From: Candidatus Hydrogenedentota bacterium
Lineage (GTDB): Bacteria; Hydrogenedentota; Hydrogenedentia; Hydrogenedentales; SLHB01
Assembly (NCBI GenBank): GCA_963668025.2
Contig: CAXXTH010000018.1
Coordinates: 32,001 to 96,000, forward strand
Reading direction: 5' to 3'
Length of the DNA: 64,000 nucleotides
Part shown: in pieces, positions 19,377 to 28,839 of the stretch
Layout: every line of letters starts with the position of its first letter
Position numbering within the stretch: position 1 is the stretch's first letter
Notes under the pieces: generated by a model
Seen by the model: the letters and a program-made list of their open reading frames with translations, nothing else
What the model was told of the DNA's origin: nothing
Database searches by the model: none
Translations under genes and position numbers: made by a program

Positions 19377-19943
19377 GTGAGCGAAATTCAGCACAATTGT
19401 CTCTTGTTTCTCCAGGTATATGGATATCGGCTTTTACGGGGTTATTTTGTTCATCTCGGTGGTGAATACCATGCTCTACCTATACCCAATGGAGTCTATA
19501 AGGGCTTGCTAACAAGGCCTTTGTCTTATTCAGCGAGTAATCAAGGAGCTGCCTCACCGCTACAAGCTCAGACAACTTCTTCATATGGAGGCATTGGTTT
19601 TGTGTTTCAAGGCAAAAGAATTCCATGCCGCTCTGCCATCGATGTACTCATTGGTATCTTGAATATGATTGTCCGCACCGACAAAAGATTTCCCCAGCGC
19701 TTTCTCGATATTCCGCATGGAAAAGGACAGAAGCGCAACTATATTGCGCAGGACTGGAAACGCGTCCACCCAGGAAGACAACCTTTGTGGGCAAAAAGTA
19801 AGGTAGCTCAATTGGAATGTGACTGGTATGTAGATACGAATCTGAGCAATGAGAAGAAAGAGAAAACCCTGGAAGGTGTTTGCGAGGTAGCTGGCCTCGA
19901 AATTGACAGGGATGTATCCTTCAATCTTGGTGATGAATCTTGA
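19377..19943 (+). CDS. Hypothetical protein; C-terminal part resembles SeqA-like domains appended to restriction proteins (start uncertain)
   Basis: Open frame with KRNYIA...WYVDTNLSNEKKEKTLEGVCEVAGL; N-terminal 70 aa look non-coding. Confidence 0.4.
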   Translation: MSEIQHNCLLFLQVYGYRLLRGYFVHLGGEYHALPIPNGVYKGLLTRPLSYSASNQGAASPLQAQTTSSYGGIGFVFQGKRIPCRSAIDVLIGILNMIVRTDKRFPQRFLDIPHGKGQKRNYIAQDWKRVHPGRQPLWAKSKVAQLECDWYVDTNLSNEKKEKTLEGVCEVAGLEIDRDVSFNLGDES

Positions 19944-20270
19944 GCATACCAGAGCCCAAAACATCTGTAGCCCGTTATTTACACTTTCGTATGAATAACA
20001 GCCAGCATTGCATTTTCCTACGGAAATTCTCTGGGTAAACTAATGTATATCAGTTTGTTAGGGCCGTATTTTCGCCAAGAACACAAAAAACACGTAGCAA
20101 AAGAGGTGAGGTAGTTTTTGGTATTTGATTAGCAAATATGTGTGTTTGTGAGCTTGCGTGTTCGAAAGCCCAATGGTACTATCGGGAAGAGCGGTTATAC
20201 TGTTCTCTTCGCGGGAGCAGGTTTCTATATAGGAAGCCGGGTGGATGGTAATACCACAAGGAGATTTTCG

Positions 20271-23090
20271 ATGAACCAGTTCTTGGCCTGCCTTTTTCTT
20301 GTCGTTTTTCTTGTTGCCGCCAGCGCGCCTCTGTATGCGGAAAACATAGAGCACTGGGGAACGCGGCCAGCCTCGCCTGCGGTGGTCCATTCGGTGACAG
20401 TTTCACCGCTCCAGGAGATCATCTCGTTGCGAGGCGAATGGGATTTTGTGACGGATCCACGGCTCATGGGCCGGCACCGCATGGGCAAAGGGCCGGGCTG
20501 GAATGAGCCGGATTGGACAGGCGTCCGCAAGATCGAAGTGCCCAGTTGTTGGGAGGCGCAAGGCGTCGGCGAGCCGGGCATGAGCAAGGACTGGGGATTG
20601 CCGTTTGACTGCAATCCCAGGCCGATGAACCATATCTATATGGGAACGGCGCGCTACCGCCGTTCCGTGGATATTCCCGCCGATTGGTCCGGCAAACGCA
20701 TTTGGCTCAAGGTGGGCGGGGTGCGGACAGAAGGCTGGTTCTGGGTGAATCAGCAACGGGTGGGGCATATTAATACCTATTGCGGCTCGTATAAATACGA
20801 CATTACCGACCTGGTCAAACCGGGAGAAACCGCTGAACTAGTCGCCACGGTCCGCAATGACACCCCTAGCCGGAAAGGCTGCATGAATGGCACCCATCGT
20901 TTCGGAGGGCTATATCGGGACATCGAGCTCGAGGCCACACCCGCGACACGGCTGGATGATGTCTGGGTGCGCAGTGATCTCGACAAAAAAACGGCGCTGG
21001 TAAATGTCAGTATTCGTAATGAAGGCTGCGGCGCTCCACAGAATCCCGCCATAGGCATCGCCATTCACACGCTTGACGGCCAGCCCGCCGGGACGTATCG
21101 CGAGCCAGTGGCGCTTGACGAGAACGGCAATGCCGATGTGGCCTGCGAAGTTCCGCTCAGCGTGTTTCAGCTCTGGACCCCGGAAACGCCGAACCTATAT
21201 ATAGCGGAGGTGACCTTCTTCTCCGGCGAAACGCCGCTTCATGGCTGGAACGAACGGTTTGGCGTTCGCAAACTGGAAGTGCGCGGCAACCAATTCTTCC
21301 TGAATGGCTCTCCCTATTTTCTACGTGGATTCGGCGATGACTATATCTACCCGATTACGTTCATTTCGCCGCCAGACAAGGAAGAACATCTTAAGCATAT
21401 GAAGATCGCCCGCAAAGCCGGTTTCAACTATGTCCGGCTGCACACCCATTGCGAGATTCCGGAATATTACGAGGCGGCGGATGAAGCGGGCATAATGATT
21501 CAAACGGAGCTTCCTTATTATCATGACATTACTCCAGAAGGCTTCGAGTTTGATCCCTTCCGCGACATCGAGGAGCTGTACAGGCACTACCGCCGCTATA
21601 CTTCCTTCGTCACCTATTCCACGGGAAATGAAGGGCATCTCGGCAGTCCCATGGACCGCGAGATCTATCAATGGGCGAAGCGGACGGATCCCGACAGGAT
21701 CATGCAACACCAAGATGGCGGCTGCAATACGAAGGAGAACGCGGACTTCTTCACGCCTAACGGCTACGGGCTCGATACTTCCATTCTGCCTTGGAAACCG
21801 GGAGCGTTTGACGCGTTGGATGTCCCCTTTATCACCCACGAATACTTGAACCTTGGCGTGAAATTGGATCCGCGCCTCGAACCGAAGTTCACCGGCGCGA
21901 TTCCTTCGCCACGAAGCCTTGTGGATTATGAGGCGTCTCTTGCCGCGGCGGGAATCGACCGGGCCTGGGGAGACGCCTGTCTTGATTCCGCTCATGCCCT
22001 GCAAGGCTATTATCAGAAACAGGGACTCGAGTTTGCGCGGCTGGAGCCCGCGTGCGACGGATACTCGTACTGGACCATCGTAGACGTGATGGTGCCTCAA
22101 GAAAACACCTACGTGGGCCAAGGATACTTAAATGCCTTCTGGGAAGTAAAGCAAGGCGGGCTGACACCCGAACAGTTCAGCCGGTTCAACGGGTCTACCG
22201 CGATTCTCGCGAAGATTGAACCAGCCGCCTCCATCGCCGTTTCCGGTGAATCCGGCAAAGCCACCTTGTGGATATCGCATTTTAACGCCAAACCATTGAG
22301 CCAGGCCAAGTTATCTTGGACGCTCAAGACGCCCAAAGAGACCCTCGCCACGGGAACGCTATCGCCATTTGACGCGGCGCCCGGAGACGTGAAAGAGATT
22401 GGCGTCTGCGACTTCGTGGTTCCCGAGATCAGCAAGCCCACAAGCGCCATCTTCGAAGTGGCGCTCGATGGAACCGATATCTCCAATTCCTGGAACTTCT
22501 GGTTTTTCCCAAAACGCGCCGAGAAACCAGGCAAAGGCATCGCTGTAACCGAAGATATCTTTGAAGCGCTCGCAAAACGATATCCCGGCATTGCAAAAGC
22601 TGGAACGCCGGAGGCGGAAACCGCACAACTCGTTATTGGTTCCTTGGACCATCCCGACCTCATTAAAGCCAGCCAGCAAGGGAAGCGCGGCATCATGATA
22701 GGCCCGGCTGAAGGCGAGCCAAACATCAAGCTCGGTTGGTGGATTCTAGGAGACCAAATCGGAACAGCGTTTGCTAATCATCCGGTATTCGGCGATTTTC
22801 CACACGACGGGAAAATGTCTCCCTTATGGTTCCGCCTCATCAAACGGGGGCTTCCACTGCCTGTCGCACCGGAGTCCGGCAAATATCAATATTTCGCCGT
22901 AGGCGAAGGGCAGAAGCAATACTTTACCTACATTTACCAAAAAAAGAACACAGATGGGCAGAGACTATTAATCACCCAAGGTGTTGACCTGCTGTCCGAT
23001 ACACCGGAAGGGGCCTGTCTGTTGGATTCAATGATCGATTATGCAAGAAGTGACGCATTCGTTGCAGAATTGCCTGGGAAGCCTGCGTAA
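20271..23090 (+). CDS. Secreted glycoside hydrolase family 2
   Basis: Signal peptide, LRGEWDF, LWTPETPNLY, FGVRKLE, GFNYVRLH, GNE; AAGGAG RBS before ATG 20271. Confidence 0.85.
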   Translation: MNQFLACLFLVVFLVAASAPLYAENIEHWGTRPASPAVVHSVTVSPLQEIISLRGEWDFVTDPRLMGRHRMGKGPGWNEPDWTGVRKIEVPSCWEAQGVGEPGMSKDWGLPFDCNPRPMNHIYMGTARYRRSVDIPADWSGKRIWLKVGGVRTEGWFWVNQQRVGHINTYCGSYKYDITDLVKPGETAELVATVRNDTPSRKGCMNGTHRFGGLYRDIELEATPATRLDDVWVRSDLDKKTALVNVSIRNEGCGAPQNPAIGIAIHTLDGQPAGTYREPVALDENGNADVACEVPLSVFQLWTPETPNLYIAEVTFFSGETPLHGWNERFGVRKLEVRGNQFFLNGSPYFLRGFGDDYIYPITFISPPDKEEHLKHMKIARKAGFNYVRLHTHCEIPEYYEAADEAGIMIQTELPYYHDITPEGFEFDPFRDIEELYRHYRRYTSFVTYSTGNEGHLGSPMDREIYQWAKRTDPDRIMQHQDGGCNTKENADFFTPNGYGLDTSILPWKPGAFDALDVPFITHEYLNLGVKLDPRLEPKFTGAIPSPRSLVDYEASLAAAGIDRAWGDACLDSAHALQGYYQKQGLEFARLEPACDGYSYWTIVDVMVPQENTYVGQGYLNAFWEVKQGGLTPEQFSRFNGSTAILAKIEPAASIAVSGESGKATLWISHFNAKPLSQAKLSWTLKTPKETLATGTLSPFDAAPGDVKEIGVCDFVVPEISKPTSAIFEVALDGTDISNSWNFWFFPKRAEKPGKGIAVTEDIFEALAKRYPGIAKAGTPEAETAQLVIGSLDHPDLIKASQQGKRGIMIGPAEGEPNIKLGWWILGDQIGTAFANHPVFGDFPHDGKMSPLWFRLIKRGLPLPVAPESGKYQYFAVGEGQKQYFTYIYQKKNTDGQRLLITQGVDLLSDTPEGACLLDSMIDYARSDAFVAELPGKPA

Positions 23091-23144
23091 CAAAGGCAGA
23101 AATCAAGCGGCGCGGGCATCCCAAAAGACGTAAGCGGCACGAGT

Positions 23145-23173
23145 TTGAACTAAGCCCTGAAATTTGCTAATAT
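23145..23173 (+). promoter_or_regulatory. Sigma70-like promoter of tRNA-Asn
   Basis: TTGAAC-N17-TAATAT with extended TG. Confidence 0.55.
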
Positions 23174-23191
23174 ATTTTCACTCTTTTTTAT

Positions 23192-23267
23192 TCCGCGGTA
23201 GCTCAGTCGGTAGAGCGGGTGGCTGTTAACCACTAGGTCACAGGTTCGAGTCCTGTCCGCGGAGCCA
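23192..23267 (+). tRNA. tRNA-Asn (anticodon GTT); integration site
   Basis: TCCGCGGTAGCTCAGTCGGTAGAGCGGGTGGCTGTTAACCACTAGGTCACAGGTTCGAGTCCTGTCCGCGGAGCCA cloverleaf with CCA end. Confidence 0.97.
23219..23267 (+). repeat. attL core (49-bp direct repeat)
   Basis: Identical to 38259-38307. Confidence 0.95.
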
Positions 23268-23278
23268 GTTAAAGTACG

Positions 23279-23317
23279 AAGCCTCAAGGGTTTAGCGAAA
23301 GCGGATTCTTGGGGCTT
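23279..23317 (+). terminator. Hairpin plus T-tract after tRNA-Asn (element-provided)
   Basis: AAGCCTCAAGGG...TTCTTGGGGCTT followed by TTC. Confidence 0.55.
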
Positions 23318-24513
23318 TTCTCTTCTATTTGGTCTGGGGATCCGCCAGGGATCCAGTAGGCATCATTTCGAGCTGTTCCGGAGCAGCATGGTCGAGTGGT
23401 AAAAGCGGCTTATCATGCGATGTGATGAGAGTGCCATCGAGACGAGAACCTTGCTTACCACGGGGTCACGGGAAAATCCCGGAGAGCCGCTAACGGCAAC
23501 GCTGAGCGCATCCGCCGTTACACCGCCGAAGCAAGATTCCTATTCATCCAGCGGGATGTCCGATGGCAACCTTGAAGTGGCATCGGGGCGCTCGGTGCAA
23601 TTCCCCAAAGAGAGGAAACGTCCCGCCATACGTCTAAAACGTACCTCAGTCGCCAAGTAGAGGATACCATAGAAACGGTCTGTTGTGCGTTCGGGGATGC
23701 AGCGGCCTACATCCTCTCTACATGGGCGGACGGCAGCACGTGGTAGAGCCTCATGCTTCGGCATTCGGCCACATCCGAACCGCTCTGGAAGACGCTCATC
23801 GTCCCATCAGAAGCCAGTTCCGCGTATGACTCATGGATGCGGGTCGATTCGGAGTGGACAATGGCATGGGTGCTGTCGACATGGATGGCTTCCGTGCGCA
23901 CGTCTATGAGGGGTTCAGATGTTATGGGTCATCGCGGACACGGCGGCCTCCTTATGGCGTCGGGAATGCATCGTATCACATGCGAGACGCCCATGAAGCC
24001 AGCGACGGAAGTAACACCAAGCTACATAGGCATACAACCCAAGGGAGAAATCGCCAGGAATGCCCTCAGAATGCCCCAGATTGAAAGCCGGGCCGTTTCG
24101 CGCATGATGCGATGGCCTAAGAGGTGTTCGTAGCGTGCGCCAAACGCGGCGGCGGCCCGTTCGTGATTTCTTGACCCCCTAGGGTCCCCGTCGGTTTCCA
24201 TGTTTTAGCCAGACCCCCCGGGTCCCCGCACGTCCCACCACCCCCAGTTAACCCCCTCTGTCCATTCTCAGAATCACGCATAAAGCCCATAGGGTCCCAG
24301 CGCCAAGGGCCACAGGTCAAAGGCGCATCGTTCGATGAATGTAAAGTTTACTTTACTTAAGTTAGGCGTAAGGTGTACTTTACGTTTGACTCTTTGAAGC
24401 GTTCTTCCTTTTGGGCGCGCGCGCGCGTGGGGGCCATTGTGCTAAACGCGGATCTTTCTCATTTTCAAAGCGCACGACATACCCCTTTTTTTTCACCATA
24501 TGCCCTAATGGCC

Positions 24514-24666
24514 ACTGACAAAACTGACACAACCTATCCGATTGGGGGTTTTGTCGGTTTTGTCAGTCCCTATCCGGGGGCATTCTCAAATTTTCGCCGC
24601 ATCTCGCTGGAGTCTGTACTGGGTAGTGGGCCTGCCACCGGTAGGGGTTTTGTCGGTTTTGTCAGT
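24514..24666. repeat. Iteron-like repeats downstream of the replicase gene (putative origin)
   Basis: GGGGTTTTGTCGGTTTTGTCAGT identical at 24545-24567 and 24644-24666; inverted copy ACTGACAAAACTGACACAACC at 24514-24534. Confidence 0.7.
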
Positions 24667-24698
24667 GCGTATCCATGGGGTATCCTAAAAAATTCGCC

Positions 24699-27251
24699 TC
24701 ATTCCCGGAGGCGATATTGTGTAGTCTTAGGGCCACCGGCGGCACCGGGGGGTACCGGTCTAGCGTCAATCCAGCCGAACCCGTCTAGCACCGCGATGGC
24801 TTGCAGCACGCGGTCTTTGTTGTCTAGCATGCCCCACTGCTTACGATATACCGTCCGGGCCTCCCACCACTCGGGCAAATCGCCACGATGGCCTAGGAGT
24901 GCCTTAGCGCCGCTGCAATCTTCGCCGCGTCCAGCCGCATACATCCGGCGCGCATGGCTTTCGAGGTACTTACACCACTCGATAGCGGTCTGGGTTGCCT
25001 CAAGAGACACCGGACCTAACTCACCATCGGCCAGATGTAGAAGCAGCGCTATGCTTGGGCAGAGACTCCGGTATTTCGATAGATGGGCCAGCACTTCATC
25101 GGGATCTTCGCTACGTCGCAAGTTGGTTTGCCGCACATGGTTTTCCAGGTCCATGTGCCACGCGGAGAATGCCTCTTGTGCTTCACCGCAAAAACGCAGA
25201 TATGGAATGTTGCTATTCTGGTCCACTTCCGCGCCTAGCGCGCTGCCGTCAAGCTCTGAAAGCGCCTCGAATACCTCCATGGACTTACAATACGCGGCTT
25301 TGTTTGGCGACACGTCAAGATCCTTCCACGCACCCGTAGGGCCATCCGGCCACACGAGCACCTGGAGGCGCTGTATCAGCCCATCATTTTCCTGGTCCTT
25401 CATACATCGAGCAAGATATGCTGTCAACGGTCCGGGTTGAATGCCGCCCAGTATCGAGACCACCGCGCTTTCGATCTCCACTGTGCCACGGCCAATACGG
25501 TCATAGGTGAACCGGCTTGATCCGCTCCATGCCTCCAGAAAGAAAGCTCGCGCACATTGCTGATTTTCATCATCAAGGCGTTTCAGGAATCCGGTCAATT
25601 CATCTCGAAACATGAGCAGACCATTTGGGTTATCTGCCAAGAGTTCGCCTAGTTTTTCAACAGTCGCATCGTTGGCCACCATGCGCATGCGCACGGGCAT
25701 ATCTGGTTCGGCCTGCCCCTCTATAGCCAGCCGCCTTGCCTCATCTTCATCACCGTTCTTCAACGCTTTCTCAATCTTGTTCTTTGCTAACTTGGCACGC
25801 ACGGAAGAAAGGGACAGTTCAGCATTCGCCGCCCTGCATTCCGCCGCGTATTTTTCGCGGGCTTTATCCTCCAGGGCGTGAAGAGGCGCCATGGCAGACT
25901 GGAGCGCGGGGGATTTCATCGTACCGGGCCTTCCGACTATCGCGCCCCAAAGGTTGGCAACTACGAGCCAATTGCCGCGATACTTTGGCCTAATGGCGCA
26001 ACGCTTCCCCACCGCCGCGCTTAAGGCTACCAGTGTAGCCGCAGCCGGATAATCGAGGGGACATTGGCACTGGGCGGCAATATCCACCACCCATGGGCGT
26101 AGTGTATCTGGCAGCCATTGCTCATCAAAAGGCAACACGGGCAGCAGTCCATCGGGGAGAGGCGTAGGCGCTGGCCGTGCCGATGCAATAGGCGGCATAT
26201 CGGCAGCAGGCGCGGCGGTTGGTGCGTCCGGTACAGCCTCAGCCGGTGGCAGGAATTCCGGCGCTGCCGAGGTTTCCATGTACTCGCGAGGGAATTGAAT
26301 ATCCGTCACATCCCATCCGAAAGGCACACCTTTGTCGATGGGTAACGGCGGCGGCACGGCGCGCGGTTTGTCTTTACCATTTTTCCAGCCACTTTCGATG
26401 GTCTTGCGGGCCTCAGCTTCCGGTAGTCCGGCAGCCATAGCGGCAGGCAATAGCGCGCCCGTAATCTCATCGAGGGAAACGCCAAGTCCGGCCAGTTTGA
26501 ATGATGCGGTATTGAGAGTCGAATTACGCTGTCCCTCTGGCGCGCCCCGAACCGTCTCCGCTTCTCCCGCGATGGCCTTGGCGACATATGCGCTCTCGCG
26601 TGTGGTATTGTGCCGCTCGGGGAACGGCAGCACGTTTTCGGATGGCTTGGATTTGCTTAGGGCCTCGATGATATGGGCGGGCAATTCGGCCATCGGCATG
26701 TTCCATGGTTCATGTCCTGCCGCCCATTCGTAGAGCGCTCCGGTTCCAGGATGTATACTGCCGGGAAACACCACCTGCCCACCGTCGCCGCGTGTATCCA
26801 CATGGGGGGCGATACGTCCAGCGGAATTACCGAACGTTTCACCGTCCGGTATACGGAAATACAGATGCGTTCCGCCACCTCCGGTTTCCACCTGCACCGT
26901 ACTCGGCAGTCCCAACTCATCAGGGGAAGGCGCGCCCTCATCCAGATCGATCACGAGCACGCTAGAGACGGAACCGGTACGAAGCCCCATGTTGCCTTGC
27001 TCTGCGCACCTGAGAACATGAACAGGATCAATGGGCGCTTCCTTCTGCCATTCCGAACGCACGGGCCTCTTGCCGTTTAGGGGTGTGAACCGCCACCCAA
27101 GGGCCAAGCCATAGATCACGTTTTGCTTAAGATCTGTAGGATCTTCAGGTGGATTTGCAGCGGTCGGGGAGTTATGGTATAATTCGTTCACATCGGAACA
27201 ATTTACCTCTTGCCCCTGGTCCTCGCCGGGGGCGTCTTTTTTCTCTGTCAT
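24699..27251 (-). CDS. Bifunctional primase/polymerase (Prim-Pol) fused to DUF3987/YfjI-like P-loop helicase
   Basis: GKRP, NMGLRTG, VIDLD, TGGGGTHLYF, DTRGDGGQVVFPGS; RNSTL (PriCT-like); Walker A GRPGTMKS, Walker B FRDE. Confidence 0.88.
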   Translation of the reverse strand: MTEKKDAPGEDQGQEVNCSDVNELYHNSPTAANPPEDPTDLKQNVIYGLALGWRFTPLNGKRPVRSEWQKEAPIDPVHVLRCAEQGNMGLRTGSVSSVLVIDLDEGAPSPDELGLPSTVQVETGGGGTHLYFRIPDGETFGNSAGRIAPHVDTRGDGGQVVFPGSIHPGTGALYEWAAGHEPWNMPMAELPAHIIEALSKSKPSENVLPFPERHNTTRESAYVAKAIAGEAETVRGAPEGQRNSTLNTASFKLAGLGVSLDEITGALLPAAMAAGLPEAEARKTIESGWKNGKDKPRAVPPPLPIDKGVPFGWDVTDIQFPREYMETSAAPEFLPPAEAVPDAPTAAPAADMPPIASARPAPTPLPDGLLPVLPFDEQWLPDTLRPWVVDIAAQCQCPLDYPAAATLVALSAAVGKRCAIRPKYRGNWLVVANLWGAIVGRPGTMKSPALQSAMAPLHALEDKAREKYAAECRAANAELSLSSVRAKLAKNKIEKALKNGDEDEARRLAIEGQAEPDMPVRMRMVANDATVEKLGELLADNPNGLLMFRDELTGFLKRLDDENQQCARAFFLEAWSGSSRFTYDRIGRGTVEIESAVVSILGGIQPGPLTAYLARCMKDQENDGLIQRLQVLVWPDGPTGAWKDLDVSPNKAAYCKSMEVFEALSELDGSALGAEVDQNSNIPYLRFCGEAQEAFSAWHMDLENHVRQTNLRRSEDPDEVLAHLSKYRSLCPSIALLLHLADGELGPVSLEATQTAIEWCKYLESHARRMYAAGRGEDCSGAKALLGHRGDLPEWWEARTVYRKQWGMLDNKDRVLQAIAVLDGFGWIDARPVPPGAAGGPKTTQYRLRE

Positions 27252-27532
27252 ACTTCACCCCTCCTGCCGACACGTGTTTCACCCCTGCGGCCACGGGCGG
27301 GGGCCGTTTCGTGCGGGTTTGTGGGCGTCACGTGGTTCGATTCGATGAAAGCACGTAAATCGTCCAATCGATAGCGAACGGCACGGCCAACGATCACGTA
27401 GGGTAGATTCAAATGGCCAGGCAAATATCCCTCAAAGCGGCGTTTTCGGAGATAATTCGGCGACACACAAAGGATTTTCGCTGCCGTCTTCGTGTCAACC
27501 AATTGGGGCGTGCGGTTTGGTTCGTCTGTCAT
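27248..27532 (-). CDS. Excisionase/AlpA-like helix-turn-helix protein
   Basis: LVDTKTAAKILCVSPNYLRKRR...PYVIVGRAVRYRLDDLRAFIE; AGGAG RBS; stop overlaps replicase start. Confidence 0.85.
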   Translation of the reverse strand: MTDEPNRTPQLVDTKTAAKILCVSPNYLRKRRFEGYLPGHLNLPYVIVGRAVRYRLDDLRAFIESNHVTPTNPHETAPARGRRGETRVGRRGEV

Positions 27533-27687
27533 CGTGCCAACTCCTATAGTTCTTCGTGAGCGCGTTGTGCGCCTTCGGATTACGTAGGGAGTTTTGCGCC
27601 AGGAATAGAAAGAAGAACTTTTTGAGAACTTTTTTTTGAGAAAAGCCAATATTGGCGGGCGTTTTGTAATTTTGCGCGATAACTTTT

Positions 27688-28662
27688 CTAGAACTTTTCG
27701 CGGGGAGTCTTCGGCCGATTGTGTTCCTTTAGCTCTGTAAGTAACGCATGAACAGGCTCGCCGTCGTAGGTTAGACCCTTTGCAGAGCTGTCTGCCAATA
27801 TGGCGGCCATCAACGAATGGTATTCGACTTTGCAAGTCGCATATGCTCCTCTTACTCGAATACGGGGGACAGGGCGATTGCGTTCTAAGCGTGAGTGATT
27901 GCAGATAAACCTCCAGGCATCACGCTTGTTCTCTTTGTCGCTTTTACTGAGTCCTTTCAACCTAATGACGAGGTCTTTGGCTTCTTTGGGCGAAATCCAC
28001 TTGCAGTAGGCTCGTTCTCTCTTGAGCACGTTCCTAAATTCTTGAACGGTTTCATCGTGCATTCTTGACAGGAATTCAATGTGTTCCTGTTGGTATTCAA
28101 TGAATAGCTCTTGACGTTGAAATGATTCCCTTTTTTCACTCTCAGACATGAAATCAAATCTCAAAAGAAAGGCGAGAGCCGCCCCCGTAGGATCTTGAGA
28201 TTGCTTGGCCATTTTTAGTGCCTTTTGCAGTAGCCTGTGGCTTCCTACGAGATGGGGCAAGAATGAGTCGGCTGAAATCCCCTGCTCGCGGCAGATCTCT
28301 TGTATACAGCTTTCGAGCAACGCCATATAGGCGTTTCGAGGGATAGTGTAATAAAGAGTTTTCCTGCCGCGCTCTTCTGTTTCAAGGGTAGGATAATTGA
28401 GGTTTTGCTGTGCAGTGTGTTGACAACTCAGAATCGCCGCCCAGAGTTCCGTGGGTTCCCGGCGCTCACCGATAGGATGCTGATAGGCACTCACATTGAC
28501 GGGATCGGTGGCATCGTAACGGACGCGAAGCCATTCGTCACTTAGGGCGGAACGATTCACGAGTTGGGTGTATTTTCTCGCGAGAACATCAAACGCAGGC
28601 ACCCCCTCGGGAAGTGTCGAGAATATGTCGGGAAATCTGTCTCGGAGTTCTTTTTCGTTCAT
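27688..28662 (-). CDS. Hypothetical protein
   Basis: 324-aa open frame with AAAGG RBS; no family recognised. Confidence 0.6.
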   Translation of the reverse strand: MNEKELRDRFPDIFSTLPEGVPAFDVLARKYTQLVNRSALSDEWLRVRYDATDPVNVSAYQHPIGERREPTELWAAILSCQHTAQQNLNYPTLETEERGRKTLYYTIPRNAYMALLESCIQEICREQGISADSFLPHLVGSHRLLQKALKMAKQSQDPTGAALAFLLRFDFMSESEKRESFQRQELFIEYQQEHIEFLSRMHDETVQEFRNVLKRERAYCKWISPKEAKDLVIRLKGLSKSDKENKRDAWRFICNHSRLERNRPVPRIRVRGAYATCKVEYHSLMAAILADSSAKGLTYDGEPVHALLTELKEHNRPKTPREKF

Positions 28663-28726
28663 GATTCGACCTTTCGTTAAGGGCCGGGCCGTTGCAATCG
28701 ACAATCGGCTACCCTCGCGAAAAACA

Positions 28727-28755
28727 TTGACGCCGCGATTTTCCCGAGGTATAAT
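28727..28755 (+). promoter_or_regulatory. Near-consensus sigma70 promoter driving a small RNA
   Basis: TTGACG (28727-28732)-N17-TATAAT (28750-28755); no plus-strand ORF follows. Confidence 0.8.
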
Positions 28756-28761
28756 TCATTC

Positions 28762-28839
28762 AACGGTGGATGAAACTCGGCTCCATGCCGTGTGGTTTGT
28801 GGTTCCGACTACAAACCCTATATCCGCCGCTTCTTTTTT
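28762..28839 (+). ncRNA. DUF3800-associated structured small RNA (three-way junction), convergent with the DUF3800 gene
   Basis: P1 CGGUGGAU/AUCCGCCG, P2 CGGC/GCCG, P3 GGUUUGUGGU-UCCG-ACUACAAACC; both G-U wobbles work only on the + strand; UUCUUUUUU tail. Confidence 0.75.

Noticed and set aside
23415-24133. Several short overlapping ORFs at the left end of the element (possible terS/HNH)
   Set aside because: No terminase, HNH or other motif recognised; the one good RBS (AAGGAGG, minus strand, ~23950) leads to an early stop.
24514-24666. CRISPR array
   Set aside because: Only two direct copies 99 bp apart plus an inverted copy; no cas genes in the window.
24373-25440. 355-aa plus-strand ORF
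   Set aside because: Antisense shadow of the replicase running through the iteron repeats; no recognisable motifs.
28762-28839. Structured RNA on the minus strand as the 3' UTR of DUF3800
   Set aside because: On the minus strand two stems would contain A-C mismatches instead of G-U pairs; the promoter and U-tract are both on the plus strand.
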